DNA of 64,000 bases. Origin: an uncultured delta proteobacterium. GTDB lineage: Bacteria; Desulfobacterota; Binatia; HRBIN30; BPIQ01. Both the position numbers and the translations under genes were made by a program. Position 1 is the stretch's first letter. Each line of letters begins with the position of its first letter. The notes under the pieces are model-generated. The model was not told the DNA's origin, made no database searches, and was given only the letters and a program-made list of their open reading frames with translations. The stretch lies in NCBI GenBank assembly GCA_963761335.1, contig CAVXGR010000024.1, forward strand, positions 32,001 through 96,000. Direction: 5' to 3'. Of the stretch, positions 1 through 11,097 are shown piece after piece.

Positions 1-1155
1 CGCGCCAAGATCGCCGAGGTCGAGTCGCTGCGCGCCCAGCGCGGCGCGGCCTCCAAGGAGATCGGCAAGCTGCCGGAGGCCGAACGGCAGGGCAGGGTGG
101 CGGCGATGCGTGCCCTCGGGGATCAGATCGCGGCGCTGGAGACCGATCTCGCCGCCGCCGAGGCGGAGTTCGAGCAGCGGATGCTGGAGGTGCCGAACAT
201 TCCCCACCCCGACGTTCCCGTGGGCGCGGACGACGGCGCCAATGTGGTGCTGCGCGTCGTCGGCGAGGAGCGGCACTTCGAGTTTTCGCCGCGGCCCCAC
301 TGGGAGATCGGCACCGACCTCGGGATCATCGACTTCGAGCGCGGCGTGAAGATCTCGGGATCGCGCTTCTACGTGCTGCGCGGCGCCGGGGCGCAGCTGC
401 AGCGGGCGCTGATCCAGTGGATGCTCGACGTGCACGTCCGCCACCACGGCTATACCGAGATCTACCCGCCGGCGATGGTGAAGCGCGAGTGCCTGGTGGG
501 CACCGGCAATCTCCCGAAGTTCGGCGACAACCTCTACCGCGACGCCGAAGAGGATTACTGGTTCGTGCCGACTGCGGAGGTTCCGGTGACCAACCTGTAC
601 CGCGAGGAGGTGATCGAGGCGGGGCAGTTGCCCATCTACCACGTGGCCTACACCCCCTGCTTTCGCCGCGAGAAGATGTCGGCGGGCCGTGACGTGCGCG
701 GCATCAAGCGCGGCCATCAGTTCGACAAGGTGGAGATGGTCAAGTTCGTGCCGCCGAGCAGCTCGGATGAGGAGCTGCGGGGCCTGCTCGACGACGCTGA
801 GGACATCTGCCGCCGGCTGGGGCTGCGTCACCGCGTCGTGCAGATGTGCACCGGTGACCTCTCCTTCACTGCGGCGATGAAGTTCGACGTGGAGCTGTGG
901 GCGCCCGGCTGCGGCGAATGGCTGGAGGTGAGCTCCTGCTCGAACTTCCGCGATTTCCAGGCGCGCCGCGCCAATATCCGCTACCGCCCGGAGCCGCGCG
1001 CCAAGCCGGAATTCGTGCATACCCTGAACGGCTCGGGTCTGGCGCTGCCCCGGGTGATGATCGCGGTGCTGGAGACCTACCAGCGGGCGGACGGCAGCGT
1101 CGCCGTGCCCGAGGTCCTGCGCCCCTTCATGGGTGGCCTCGAGCGCCTCGGCTGA
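1..1155 (+). CDS. serS: Serine--tRNA ligase (5' part outside the window)
   Basis: Frame is open from base 1. Coiled-coil arm, PTAEVP, motif 2 ([25 protein letters not shown]), EVSSCSN and HTLNGSGLA. Confidence 0.97.
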   Translation, partial: RAKIAEVESLRAQRGAASKEIGKLPEAERQGRVAAMRALGDQIAALETDLAAAEAEFEQRMLEVPNIPHPDVPVGADDGANVVLRVVGEERHFEFSPRPHWEIGTDLGIIDFERGVKISGSRFYVLRGAGAQLQRALIQWMLDVHVRHHGYTEIYPPAMVKRECLVGTGNLPKFGDNLYRDAEEDYWFVPTAEVPVTNLYREEVIEAGQLPIYHVAYTPCFRREKMSAGRDVRGIKRGHQFDKVEMVKFVPPSSSDEELRGLLDDAEDICRRLGLRHRVVQMCTGDLSFTAAMKFDVELWAPGCGEWLEVSSCSNFRDFQARRANIRYRPEPRAKPEFVHTLNGSGLALPRVMIAVLETYQRADGSVAVPEVLRPFMGGLERLG

Positions 1156-1163
1156 CGCCTCTG

Positions 1164-1307
1164 GTGCCGGGCGGTGGCTCGGTGGCTCAGTATCTCAGTA
1201 TCTCAGTATCTCGGTGGCTCGGTTTACGGGTTCGCGGGTTGGCGGGTTGCAAGCTCGGTCTGTCGATCGAGATAACCGAGCCACTGAGATACTGAGATAC
1301 CGGCACT
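1164..1307. repeat. Octamer-periodic palindromic repeat element (copy 1)
   Basis: Tandem 8-mers (CTCGGTGG, CTCAGTAT, CGGGTTNG). 27-bp inverted repeat 1198-1224 / 1274-1300 with 1 mismatch. Confidence 0.85.
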
Positions 1308-1356
1308 GCTCCGCATAAGGCCCGCGTACGGCTCCCGCACTCCGAACAACGGTGGT

Positions 1357-3852
1357 ATGTTGAGCGTCATGAGCTCGCCCGGAACACCCGAAGGTCGAGG
1401 CGTGGCCGTCGACCCCGTGTGCGGCATGCGCGTGCAGACGGACTCGCCGAAGGGCGGTACGCACCAGCACCAGGGACAGACGTACTACTTCTGCAATCCG
1501 AAGTGCCGGGAGAAGTTCCGCACCGACCCGGATGCGTACCTGCGGCCGGCGACGACCGGGTTCGAGGGCCTGCCGATGGCGCCGGGTCCCACTGCCACAG
1601 CGCCGCTGCAGCCGTCGCCGGACGGCGGCGGCTATACGTGTCCGATGCATCCGGAGGTGCAGGCGGCGGCTCCGGGCCCGTGCCCCGACTGCGGCATGGC
1701 CCTCGAGCCGACGACGCTGGCACCGCTGCCGACGCGCGTCGAGTACACCTGCCCGATGCACCCGGAGGTGGTGCGTGAAGAACCTGGAGCATGTCCGATC
1801 TGCGGCATGGCTCTGGAGCCGCGGGAGATCTCGGCAGCGGAGGAGGAGAACCCCGAGCTGACGGACATGACGCGGCGCTTCTGGGTCAGTGCGCTTCTGG
1901 CGCTGCCGGTTCTGGCGCTGGCCATGGGCGAGATGATTCCGGGCGGGCTGCTGCGAGGCGCGCTGGCGCATCGCCTGATTCCCTGGGTGGAGTTCGTGCT
2001 GGCGACGCCGGTGGTGCTCTGGGGAGGGCTGCCGTTCTTCGAGCGCGGCTGGGCCTCGATCGTCAGCCGGCGGCTGAACATGTTCACCCTGATCGCCCTC
2101 GGCACGGGCGCGGCCTACCTCTACAGTGCCGTGGCGGTGCTGGTGCCCGACATCTTCCCCGCGTCGTTCCGCGGCCCCAACGGCGAGGTGGCCGTCTACT
2201 TCGAGGCGGCGGCAGTGATTACGGCCCTGGTCCTGATGGGGCAGGTGCTCGAGATCCGCGCCCGCGGCCGCACCAGCAGTGCGCTGCGCGCGCTCCTCAG
2301 CCTGGCGCCGAAGACGGCGCGGCTGGTGCGCGATGACCGCACCGAGGAGGATGTGCCCCTCGAACGAGTGCATCCGGGCGACCGCCTGCGGGTGCGGCCG
2401 GGTGAGAAGGTGCCGGTGGATGGCGCCATTGTCGAAGGCCACAGCTCGGTCGACGAGTCCATGGTCACCGGCGAGCCGATTCCAGTGGAGAAGGGGCCGG
2501 GCGACAGGGTTACCGGGGCCACGGTGAACCGCAGCGGCAGCTTCGTGATGCGCGCCGAGCGCGTCGGGCGCGACACGCTGCTGGCGCAGATCGTCCAGAT
2601 GGTCGGCAAGGCGCAGCGCAGCCGCGCCCCGATTCAGCGAGTGGCGGACGTGGTCGCCGGCTACTTCGTTCCCGGCGTGGTGCTGGCGGCGGCGCTCACC
2701 TTTGCCGCCTGGAGTATCTGGGGGCCGCCGCCGCGTATGGCCTTCGCCCTGGTGAACGCCGTGGCCGTGCTGATCATCGCCTGCCCGTGCGCCCTGGGTC
2801 TGGCGACGCCGATATCGATCATGGTGGCCACCGGCAGGGGCGCCACGGCGGGCGTGTTGATCAAGAACGCCGAAGCTCTGGAGGTCCTCGAGAAGGTCGA
2901 CACGCTGGTGGTCGACAAGACGGGCACCCTCACCGAGGGCAAGCCGCGCGTCGCCTCGCTGGTTCCCCTCGGGGCTCTGTCGGAGGAGGATCTGCTGCGC
3001 CTTGCCGCGGCGATCGAGCGGGGCAGCGAGCATCCGCTGGCGGCGGCGATCGGGGAGGCAGCCGCCGAGCGTCGGCTCGAGATTCCGGGGGTGAGCGATT
3101 TCGAGTCGGTCGCGGGGAAAGGCGTTCGCGGCACCGCCGCCGGGCACGGGGTGGCGCTCGGCAACCGCGGCTTCCTGGAAGAGCTGGGCATCGATCTCGG
3201 CCCGGCGCAGGCGCAGGCGGATACGTTTCGCCGGGACGGGGCGACGGTGATGTTCGTCGCCGCCGACGGCCGGCTGGCGGGCATGCTGGCGATCGTCGAT
3301 CCGGTCAAGCCATCGACGGAAGAGGCGATTCGCCTGCTGCACGGGGAGGGCATGCGCATCGTCATGCTCACCGGTGACAGCCGGCTCACCGCCGAGGCGG
3401 TGGCCAGGCAGCTGGGCATCGATGAGGTGGAGGCCGAGGTCCTGCCGGAAGAGAAGAGCGCGGTGGTAAAGCGCCTGCAGCAGCAGGGCCGCAAGGTGGC
3501 GATGGCGGGTGACGGCATCAACGACGCGCCCGCCCTGGCGCTGGCTCAGGTCGGCATCGCCATGGGCACCGGCACCGACGTGGCCATCGAGAGCGCCGGG
3601 GTGACCCTGGTGAAGGGCGACCTGCGCGGCATCGTCAAGGCGCGCCGTTTGAGCCGCACCACCATGCGCAACATCCGCCAGAACCTCTTCTTCGCGTTCA
3701 TCTACAATGCTCTCGGCATACCGGTTGCCGCCGGAGCCCTCTACCCGCTCCTCGGCCTCCTGCTCAGCCCGATGATCGCCAGCGCCGCGATGAGCTTCAG
3801 CTCGATCTCGGTGATCGGCAACGCCCTGCGCCTGCGGCGCGCGGAGCTCTGA
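1357..3852 (+). CDS. copA: Cu(I)/Ag(I)-translocating P1B-type ATPase with a YHS domain and two YTCPMHP metal-binding domains
   Basis: DPVCGM..YYFC (YHS), YTCPMHP x2, [26 protein letters not shown] and MxxSS motifs. Start may be 1369. Confidence 0.92.
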   Translation: MLSVMSSPGTPEGRGVAVDPVCGMRVQTDSPKGGTHQHQGQTYYFCNPKCREKFRTDPDAYLRPATTGFEGLPMAPGPTATAPLQPSPDGGGYTCPMHPEVQAAAPGPCPDCGMALEPTTLAPLPTRVEYTCPMHPEVVREEPGACPICGMALEPREISAAEEENPELTDMTRRFWVSALLALPVLALAMGEMIPGGLLRGALAHRLIPWVEFVLATPVVLWGGLPFFERGWASIVSRRLNMFTLIALGTGAAYLYSAVAVLVPDIFPASFRGPNGEVAVYFEAAAVITALVLMGQVLEIRARGRTSSALRALLSLAPKTARLVRDDRTEEDVPLERVHPGDRLRVRPGEKVPVDGAIVEGHSSVDESMVTGEPIPVEKGPGDRVTGATVNRSGSFVMRAERVGRDTLLAQIVQMVGKAQRSRAPIQRVADVVAGYFVPGVVLAAALTFAAWSIWGPPPRMAFALVNAVAVLIIACPCALGLATPISIMVATGRGATAGVLIKNAEALEVLEKVDTLVVDKTGTLTEGKPRVASLVPLGALSEEDLLRLAAAIERGSEHPLAAAIGEAAAERRLEIPGVSDFESVAGKGVRGTAAGHGVALGNRGFLEELGIDLGPAQAQADTFRRDGATVMFVAADGRLAGMLAIVDPVKPSTEEAIRLLHGEGMRIVMLTGDSRLTAEAVARQLGIDEVEAEVLPEEKSAVVKRLQQQGRKVAMAGDGINDAPALALAQVGIAMGTGTDVAIESAGVTLVKGDLRGIVKARRLSRTTMRNIRQNLFFAFIYNALGIPVAAGALYPLLGLLLSPMIASAAMSFSSISVIGNALRLRRAEL

Positions 3853-3858
3853 AGAAGA

Positions 3859-4016
3859 GTGGCTCGGGAAGTTGGTATCTCAGTTCTCAGTAGCCCGGTG
3901 GCTCGGTGGCCGGGTTTACGGGTTGTCGGGTTGATCGGCCAACCGAGATACCGAGCCACCGAGCCACCGAGCCACTGATCGACCCGACGACCCGCTAACC
4001 CGCCAACTCGTCAACC
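3859..4016. repeat. Octamer-periodic palindromic repeat element (copy 2)
   Basis: Same units as 1164-1307 (GTATCTCAG, CGGTGGCT, GGTTTACGGGTT), followed by the complementary (CCGAGCCA)x3 and ACCCG units. Confidence 0.8.
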
Positions 4017-4024
4017 TTCCTTCC

Positions 4025-5863
4025 CTAGGGCCTCGGGGTGGGGACGCGAACGATGATCTGTTCGGTCGGGCCCGGGGTCCCGGCGGTGTCGAGAACCTGG
4101 ACCGAGAGCTTGGTGTCGCCTGGAGGGAAGTTGGCGTCCTGAGCGACGTTGTCGCAGAACTGCCGGTAGCCGCCCTGTGAGTTGAAGCCACCGAGAAACT
4201 CGAAGTTGCCGCTCGGACCGAGGGTGCAACCGGTATCGGGGCTGGTGACCGCCTGCTGGAAGCGGCAGGCGAGCTGATTGATGCCGACGGTGATCGACTG
4301 GCCATCGGCGAAGCTCGGCGGCGAGATGCCGGAGACGCCCTCGGCGCAGGCCGCTTCCTGGGGATTGTTGCAATCGAAGCTCGAGCCGCCGCCCAGGTCG
4401 CGGTTCGATTGCAGCTGCAGGCTCGGCCGCTCGGCGCAGGGGTTGGAGACGAACAGCGTCGTGCCGACGTTGCGTCCGTTGCTCCCTTTGCGCGCCTCGA
4501 CCACGATCAGGCCGCGGGTGCCGCCCTGGGCGGCGTAGACACGGACGCCGTTCTCGATCTGCGGGGTCGGGGTACCGGCGGCGCAGAAGCAGAACTGGCC
4601 GTTGAAGCAGCCGATCTGGCAGCCGTCTGGACGCACCAAGCCGAAGTAGGAGATCAGCGGGCCGCCGACCGCCGGAGTCGCTGTCGGCGTACGCGTCGGA
4701 GGTGCCGGCGTCGGTGTCGCCGTGAAAGTGCGGGTGTTGGTCGCGGTGCCGGACGCCGTGGGAGTGCCGCTGGCGGTGGCGGTGCGCGTTGCGGTCGCCG
4801 TGCCGGTTGCGGTGCGCGTCGGCGTGGGCGTGCGCGTCGGTGTGCCGGTGCGCGTCGGGGTCGTGGTCGGCGTCGCCGTCGCCGTGCGCGTCTCCGTTGC
4901 CGTGCCGGTTGCGGTGCGCGTCACGGTCGGCGTGCGGGTGGGCGTTGTCGTCCGCGTCGCGGTGCGTGTCGGCGTGCGGGTGCGCGTCGGCGTTTCGGTA
5001 GGCGTGGCCGAGGGGGTGCGCGTCGGCGTGGAGGTGCGCGTCTCGGTGAACGTGCGCGTCGACGTGGCGGTGTGCGACGGCGTCGGGGTGCGCGTCTCCG
5101 TGGGGGTGCGCGTCGGTGTGCGGGTGGTCGTCGGCGTCTTTGTCGCCGTCTGCGTCCTCGTCGAGGTCGTGGTCGAGCTCGGCGTCACGGAGCGCGTCGG
5201 TGTCTGTGTGATCGTCGGTGTCTTGGTAATCGTCGGGCTCAGTGTCCGCGTCGGCGAGCGGCTCGGGGTGCTGCTCTGCGCCGGAGTCGCCGTCGCCGGG
5301 GCCGTAGGGGTGTCGGTCGGCGCCAACGGCGTCGCGGTACGCGTGCCGGAGGGGCGCGGGCTCGGCGTGCTGGAGGGAGTCGATGTGAAGGTGGGGGTGC
5401 CGCTCGCCGTCGGCGCCTCCGTGAACGCCGTCGGCGTGGTCGTCGGCAGCGCCGAGAGAAGCGGCGCGATGCGGGTGGCGATGTCGGCGTCGTCGGCGAT
5501 GCTCGGGTCGATTTCGCGAAACGACGGCGGCACCGGCGTCAGCCCGAGCAGGAAGCGGGCGATATAGAGGAGGTCGGTGGCCGCGTCGACGTGGCCGTTG
5601 CCGTCGACGTCGAGGGCCGAGCCGAGTGCGTCGATCGCAGAGTCGAGGACGCTGTCCGCGGGGATCGACGGATCGAGAGCGCGAAAGTAGTCGGGCACGG
5701 TTTGCAGCCCGAGCAGGTGGCGACCGACGTAGGTGACATCGGTGGCGGTATCGACGGCGCCGTTCCCGTCCACGTCGAGAGGCTGCGCCACGGCCGTGGA
5801 GGCAAAGGCGCCGGCGCAGACGAGCGCGAGTAGCGCCACGAAGCGAGTGGAAGCCGAGCTCAT
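4025..5863 (-). CDS. Secreted protein: dockerin-like duplicated Ca-binding motif, very long Thr/Pro/Arg linker, Cys-containing C-terminal domain
   Basis: Signal peptide [26 protein letters not shown]; LDVDGNGxVDxATD..Y..R.LLGL twice; about 250 aa of TPTRT-type repeats. Start chosen at the signal peptide. Confidence 0.75.
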   Translation of the reverse strand: MSSASTRFVALLALVCAGAFASTAVAQPLDVDGNGAVDTATDVTYVGRHLLGLQTVPDYFRALDPSIPADSVLDSAIDALGSALDVDGNGHVDAATDLLYIARFLLGLTPVPPSFREIDPSIADDADIATRIAPLLSALPTTTPTAFTEAPTASGTPTFTSTPSSTPSPRPSGTRTATPLAPTDTPTAPATATPAQSSTPSRSPTRTLSPTITKTPTITQTPTRSVTPSSTTTSTRTQTATKTPTTTRTPTRTPTETRTPTPSHTATSTRTFTETRTSTPTRTPSATPTETPTRTRTPTRTATRTTTPTRTPTVTRTATGTATETRTATATPTTTPTRTGTPTRTPTPTRTATGTATATRTATASGTPTASGTATNTRTFTATPTPAPPTRTPTATPAVGGPLISYFGLVRPDGCQIGCFNGQFCFCAAGTPTPQIENGVRVYAAQGGTRGLIVVEARKGSNGRNVGTTLFVSNPCAERPSLQLQSNRDLGGGSSFDCNNPQEAACAEGVSGISPPSFADGQSITVGINQLACRFQQAVTSPDTGCTLGPSGNFEFLGGFNSQGGYRQFCDNVAQDANFPPGDTKLSVQVLDTAGTPGPTEQIIVRVPTPRP

Positions 5864-6222
5864 CGAGAATGCGGAAAAGCGCCGGAGGGCGCGAGGGAAC
5901 ACAGACGCGAGAAGCGTCCTCACTTTAGCGGCACGGTCTCGGCCCGAGTTGGCGTGCGGTCGGCGATTGCGGCTGGCGCCATAGGATCGCGCCTCACAAT
6001 GCACGAAGACATCGTGGGGTGCAATGGAGAATTCCGAAAAAGCGCCACCGATTGCGGCGAACGGCTTGGGATGCGCGGCGGACAATGATAGAAGGGGCGG
6101 GCGTTGAAGCGCAGCGCTGCACGACATCTGGACCCTTGCGGGTATGGCCGAAGCTCGCCGCTGGTCCCGCGGAGCACGCGTTCTTGCGCCTCTTGTGTCG
6201 GGCCGGTGAAGAATTGCTCCGG

Positions 6223-7143
6223 ATGGAAATCTGCAAGCGTGTCGGGCTGAGTATCCTCGCGGTCTGGTCGATCGTGGCAATTCCTGCGGCGGGGCGCGCT
6301 CAGTCGAGCGTGACCGTCGGCAGCGTCACCGCCGTGCCCGGCGAGGCAAACGCAGTGGTCAGCGTCGATGCAACCACGGACGTGCCCGCGTCGCTGGTCT
6401 CGCTCGACATCACCTTTCCGGCGGATCTGTGCGCCGATATCGGCAACGTGCGCCTGCGGCGCGCCGGCCGCACGACCGCCGATCCTCTCGAGGGGGGCTT
6501 CCATTGCCCGGAAGGGCGCCTCAGCGTCGTGCTCGCGGATCTCCTTGGGGGCACGGTCGTGCCGGCGGGGAGTGGCCCGATCGCCGAGTGGGTTTTCGAT
6601 GTGAGCCCGGCGGCGGCCGAACGCAGCATCGCACTCGAGCTGACGGTGAACGAGCTTCGCAACGGTCCGTTGCAGGTGCCGGTGACCCCGAGCAGCGGCC
6701 AGCTGGCGATCATCGCGGCCACACCGACGGCGACCGCGGAGGGCAGTACGACGCCGACCGCTACCTCGCCACCGGCGACGCCATCCCCGAGCGAGTCGCC
6801 CTCCAGCCCCACACCGACGTCGGCGACGCCGACTCCTGGCGGTCCTTCGCCGACGCGGACCAACGCCGTGGACACGCCGACGGCGTCACCATCGGCATCG
6901 CCCGCAGCGTCCGAAGGGTCCCCGACGGCGAGCGCCACGGCCGCCGAGACGGTGACCCCGGCACCGCTCTACGGCGACGCCAATTGCGACGGCTTGCGCA
7001 CCGCCCCCGATGTGACCCGGCTGCTACAGCTCGTTGGCACCGGCGGGGATAGCCCGTGCGGCCTCGCGGACGCCAACGGCGACGGACACCTGGACGCCAA
7101 CGACCTGGCGCCCACGGTGGCCTCGATCTTCGGCTCCCCCTGA
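6223..7143 (+). CDS. Secreted protein: cohesin-like beta domain, Ser/Thr/Pro linker, dockerin type I-like domain
   Basis: Signal peptide; [27 protein letters not shown] resembles a cohesin; GDANCDG..D and [14 protein letters not shown] form a dockerin repeat pair. Confidence 0.7.
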   Translation: MEICKRVGLSILAVWSIVAIPAAGRAQSSVTVGSVTAVPGEANAVVSVDATTDVPASLVSLDITFPADLCADIGNVRLRRAGRTTADPLEGGFHCPEGRLSVVLADLLGGTVVPAGSGPIAEWVFDVSPAAAERSIALELTVNELRNGPLQVPVTPSSGQLAIIAATPTATAEGSTTPTATSPPATPSPSESPSSPTPTSATPTPGGPSPTRTNAVDTPTASPSASPAASEGSPTASATAAETVTPAPLYGDANCDGLRTAPDVTRLLQLVGTGGDSPCGLADANGDGHLDANDLAPTVASIFGSP

Positions 7144-7198
7144 GGGGCGCCAGGCTGCGCCTTTCGGCCCGCCGAGCTCTCAGCGGCGGGTGACATCC

Positions 7199-7358
7199 GG
7201 CTTTGCCCAACGAATCGAGCCGACGGTGTCGCCGCCGAAGGTTGTTAGGTTGTTGCGTTGTTGGTTGTTGGTAAAAAGGGGTGAACTGACCTAACAACCC
7301 AACAACGTAGCAACCAACAACCCGCCTGCAGCCAACGGGCATACCGTTGGGCAAAGCC
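7199..7358 (+). mobile_element. MITE copy 1 (160 bp, 14-bp TIR, 10-bp target-site duplication)
   Basis: Ends GGCTTTGCCCAACG / CGTTGGGCAAAGCC. Flanked by GGTGACATCC at 7189-7198 and 7359-7368. Homologous to 38943-39100. Confidence 0.9.
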
Positions 7359-7624
7359 GGTGACATCCCCGGAGCTGGACTGGCTACCGTCCAGAATGCC
7401 GGACGGCCTGTACAGTGGGGAGACCACCCTGGTGAGCGGAGCGGCCAGGGATGTGGCCACAACGTCACTCCATCCCGGGGAGTACGTAGGTGGTATCCCG
7501 ATTGCACAGCTGCCTCGGCCGAATGCAAGGCCGTCCGGGGGGACGGGTGGGAGTCAAAGCAAGACGTCACTGATCACGGTGAGGCTGGTTGCCCGACAGC
7601 TGGATCGCGGAAAGGACACTGGCG

Positions 7625-8389
7625 ATGATTGCAGAGCAATTCTTGCAGGGGAGCACGGCTATCGAGGCGACGGTCTTCGTCGTCGAGGACGACGGCGGAG
7701 CGCGGGCTTCCATGGTATGGCTTCTCGAGTCTGCCGGGCTGCGCGTCAGGGCGTTTCCCAACGGTTCTGATTTTCTCGCCGAGCGCAGCGCCGACGACTG
7801 CGGTTGTGCCATCATCGACATGCGCCTGCCGGGGATGAGCGGCCTCCAGGTACAGAGCGAGCTGCAGCGGCGTCAGATTCCGCTGCCGGTGATTCTGGTG
7901 ACCGGCTACGGCGACATCGCCTCGGCAGTTCGCGCGGTGAAGGCCGGAGCCGTCGACTTCCTCCAGAAGCCCTTCAGCACCGAGCTGCTGCTGGAGCGCA
8001 TCTACGAAGCGATCGAGCGCAATCGCGAGCAGCGCCAACGCTGGCAGCGCCGTGAAGAGTTCGAACGCCGCCTGGGGAGCCTGACGCCCCGCGAGCGAGA
8101 GGTCATGGACCTGATGGTGAGTGGCCTGGCGAACAAGGTCATCGCGGCGGAGCTCGGAATCAGCGAGCGCACCGTCGAGGCGCACCGAAAGCAGGTCATG
8201 ATGAAGATGCGAGCCGTGTCGTTCGCGCAACTGGTGCGGCTGACCGTCGAGTGCTCCGCCGGGTGGGCGCAGGAAGCACGGCCGGTAGCGTCTCCGGAAT
8301 CTCCCTGGTTTTCGCAGCTGTTCGAGGACGCCGGCTCGATGCCGGAAGAACACGTGGCGCGAAACGTTCGCGCCAGTGCCGGCCACTGA
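7625..8389 (+). CDS. FixJ/LuxR-family response regulator
   Basis: Receiver domain (VVEDD, D-MRLPGMSG, FLQKPF) plus LuxR HTH (LTPRERE..NKVIAAELGISERTVEAHR). AAGGA upstream of ATG 7625. Confidence 0.92.
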   Translation: MIAEQFLQGSTAIEATVFVVEDDGGARASMVWLLESAGLRVRAFPNGSDFLAERSADDCGCAIIDMRLPGMSGLQVQSELQRRQIPLPVILVTGYGDIASAVRAVKAGAVDFLQKPFSTELLLERIYEAIERNREQRQRWQRREEFERRLGSLTPREREVMDLMVSGLANKVIAAELGISERTVEAHRKQVMMKMRAVSFAQLVRLTVECSAGWAQEARPVASPESPWFSQLFEDAGSMPEEHVARNVRASAGH

Positions 8390-8513
8390 CGTCCGCAAAG
8401 GCAGGAGGCAACACCGCAGCAGGGATGCTGCTCTCCTCCCTGCTGCGGCCCTGCGCGTGTTGCAGCTTGCGGCCGAGGGCCAGCCGCGCTAAGCGCCGCC
8501 CCTGGGGGGCGGC

Positions 8514-9710
8514 ATGATCGCAGAGCGTCACATCGATTACATGTACGGTCTGCTGCAGACGGTGCTGGCCGAGATCGGGCCGCGCGAGTCGTGCAGCGAC
8601 AACGAGAGGCGGCTCGGCCGTTATCTCTCGGACCAATGGAGCGCACTCGGCCATCAGGTGCGCACCGAATCCTTCCTCTGCCATCCCAAGGCGTTCCTCG
8701 GCTTCATTCCCATTGCGGCGCTGCTCTATCTGGCGGCGGCGATCTTCTACTGGTTCTCGCCCTGGGCTTGCGTGGTGTTTGCCGCCGCCTCCCTGGGGCT
8801 CACGGTGTTCGAGCTGCTGCGCTACCGCGAGCTCATCGATCCACTGTTCCCCGAGGCGCGCGGCGAAAACGTCATCGGGGTGATCCCACCTCAGGGAACG
8901 GCCAAACGCCGCGTGGTCGTCAGCGCCCACCAGGATTCCGCGTACGAGTTCAACCTGTGGTTCTTTCTGGGCACCGCCGCGGTGCCCATCATGGTGGTGG
9001 CCTTCGCGGCCCCGCTGCTGCCGCTGCTCGGGGGCCTGATCAAGGCGCTGTCAGGGGGGAGCGGTGGCGGCGCTGATGCGGTGGGCTACGCCTGCGCCGC
9101 ACTCTATCCGGTGGTCGGCCTCAACCTATTCTTTCACACTTACTCGGTGGTTCCAGGCGCCATGGACGACCTGGCGGGCATTGCCGTCCTCACCGGCCTC
9201 GCCCGGGCCCTCAGCCCCTTGGGGGACGCGGGGGGAGCGGCTCTCCGCGAGACCGAGGTCGTGCTCCTCGCCACCTCTTCGGAGGAGGCGGGTCTGCGGG
9301 GTGCCAAGCGGTTCGTCGCCGCGCATGGCGATGAGCTGCGGCAAGTGCCCACCTACGGGCTGTTCGTCGATGGCGTCTACGACGAGAGATTTCTCACGGT
9401 CGTGGACCGCGAGCTCACCACTGGAGTCCGTCACCACCCCGGGCTGGTGCAGCTCGCCCGAGAAGTCGCCGAGCATCGCGGTTGGGAGATGCGGAAGCAC
9501 ATGGTTCCGCTCGGCGCTACCGACGCAACCGCCTTCTCGGCCGACGGCATCGCCGCCGTCTGCCTGCTGTGCCAGGACGTCTCGCGTCTGGTGCCGAACT
9601 ACCACACGCGCCGCGACGTCATTGAGCACGTCCGCCCGCAGTCGCTGTGCGTCGCTCTGCAGGTGGTGCTCGACATGACCGAGCGGATCGACGCCGGCGT
9701 CCTGGGCTAG
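8514..9710 (+). CDS. M28-family metallopeptidase with transmembrane segments
   Basis: SAHQDS, GAMDDLAG, SEEAGLRG, TD and NYHT motifs, plus hydrophobic segments. Confidence 0.8.
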   Translation: MIAERHIDYMYGLLQTVLAEIGPRESCSDNERRLGRYLSDQWSALGHQVRTESFLCHPKAFLGFIPIAALLYLAAAIFYWFSPWACVVFAAASLGLTVFELLRYRELIDPLFPEARGENVIGVIPPQGTAKRRVVVSAHQDSAYEFNLWFFLGTAAVPIMVVAFAAPLLPLLGGLIKALSGGSGGGADAVGYACAALYPVVGLNLFFHTYSVVPGAMDDLAGIAVLTGLARALSPLGDAGGAALRETEVVLLATSSEEAGLRGAKRFVAAHGDELRQVPTYGLFVDGVYDERFLTVVDRELTTGVRHHPGLVQLAREVAEHRGWEMRKHMVPLGATDATAFSADGIAAVCLLCQDVSRLVPNYHTRRDVIEHVRPQSLCVALQVVLDMTERIDAGVLG

Positions 9711-10960
9711 GCCGTGTGGACGTCCACGGCGATCACCGTGGCATCGTCGTCGAGGGCCGACTCGGGTAGCGCCACGGTCAGCTCGCCGAGGGGATCGGCG
9801 TTGAACATCTCATCGATGATCGCGCCGCGGGTCGAGTAGGCGAGAGAGGCGCCGGTGGACAGCAGTCGCACCGAGGAGATGCGGCGGATGGGGAGGCCGC
9901 GGACGGCGACCGAGTCGTAGGGGCGCATCAGGAGGTGCAGGTAGATGGTATCGCCGCGGCGGGTCGACGGACCGTAGAACTGCCACGGCTCCAGACCCGG
10001 CTGGGTGTCGACAATCGCCTCGCCGTGCAGCTTCGTCCAGCGGGCGATCGCGTCGAGCCGCTGCGTCTGCTCCAGCGGCAGCCGCCCGTCCGCCATGGGG
10101 CTGACGTTCAGCAGCAGGTTGCCGCCGCGCCCGGCGACCTCACAGAGAGCGTGGATCATCTGGCGCCCCGACTTGTACTGGGTGTCCGTCGGATTATAGC
10201 CCCAGCTCTCATTCATGGTCATGCAGGTCTCCCATAGAGAGGAAGGAGGCCGTGGCGGCACGAACTGTTCCGGTGTCTCGAAGTCGCCGCACCCAGGCAG
10301 GCGGTCGTTGATCAGAATCTGCGGCTGGAGAGATTTGATCATCTGCCGCAGCTCGGCCGCATGCCACATCTCCGGCGGGTTGCGCTCCCAGGCGCCGTCG
10401 AACCAGATCACGTCGATTGGCCCGTAGTTGGTGAGCAGCTCGCGCACCTGGCCGAACAGGAAGGCCAGGTACTCGCTCCATTGCTCGGGCGTCGGCCGCG
10501 GCAGGCGAAAGAAATCGTAAGGCTTGTACGCCTCGGTGAACGCCGGATAGGCGGGATGGTGCCAGTCGCTCAGCGAGTAGTAGAGGCCGACGTGCAATCC
10601 CTCGTCGCGGAAGGCGTCGACAAAGCCGCGGACGATGTCGGTGCGGTAGGGCGAGTGCATCACCGAGAAGTCCGTCAGCGCCGTGTCGAAGAGAGAGAAG
10701 CCGTCGTGGTGCTTGGCGGTGAGCACCGCGTAGCGCATGCCGAGCTCCCGCGCCCGCCGCGCCCAGGCGCGCGGCTCGTAGAGCTGCGGGTCGAACCTCT
10801 CGGCGCAGGCGTAGTACTCATCGATCGAAACGCTGCCGCAACGCGGCAGGGTGGTCACGCCGCCGACCAGCGGCCAGGACAGCTCCCAGCCGCCGACGCT
10901 GCTGAGACCCCAGTGGATGAACATTCCGAATCTGGCGGTGTCGAACCAGGAGCTGCTCAT
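9707..10960 (-). CDS. Alpha-L-fucosidase-like glycoside hydrolase (GH29)
   Basis: RFGMFIHWG, AKHHDGF, WFDG, WETCMTMNESWGY, GGNLLLNV. No signal peptide. Confidence 0.88.
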   Translation of the reverse strand: MSSSWFDTARFGMFIHWGLSSVGGWELSWPLVGGVTTLPRCGSVSIDEYYACAERFDPQLYEPRAWARRARELGMRYAVLTAKHHDGFSLFDTALTDFSVMHSPYRTDIVRGFVDAFRDEGLHVGLYYSLSDWHHPAYPAFTEAYKPYDFFRLPRPTPEQWSEYLAFLFGQVRELLTNYGPIDVIWFDGAWERNPPEMWHAAELRQMIKSLQPQILINDRLPGCGDFETPEQFVPPRPPSSLWETCMTMNESWGYNPTDTQYKSGRQMIHALCEVAGRGGNLLLNVSPMADGRLPLEQTQRLDAIARWTKLHGEAIVDTQPGLEPWQFYGPSTRRGDTIYLHLLMRPYDSVAVRGLPIRRISSVRLLSTGASLAYSTRGAIIDEMFNADPLGELTVALPESALDDDATVIAVDVHTA

Positions 10961-11097
10961 TCTCTTTCCGTGCTGCCTGCGATTTCCCGTCGGGCGGGGA
11001 CGCGGCTGGTTGAGACTCGAACTTCTTCCGCATAGAGTCAATCGATGTCGTTGAGTCACTGTCCTCCAGTCGAGGTGGCCAGCGCCGGTGAGAGCCG

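Noticed and set aside
1164..1307. Possible CRISPR array or tRNA after serS
   Set aside because: Units are contiguous 8-mers without unique spacers; no cloverleaf or T-loop; no cas genes in the window.
1195..3342. Long antisense ORFs (e.g. 1195-3342, 21089-23299, 51941-54838, 55525-58494)
   Set aside because: Shadows of well-supported genes on the opposite strand; expected from high-GC codon bias; no recognisable motifs.
4722..5567. Val/Gly/Arg-repeat ORF
   Set aside because: Antisense of the Thr/Pro linker of the 5863-4025 gene.
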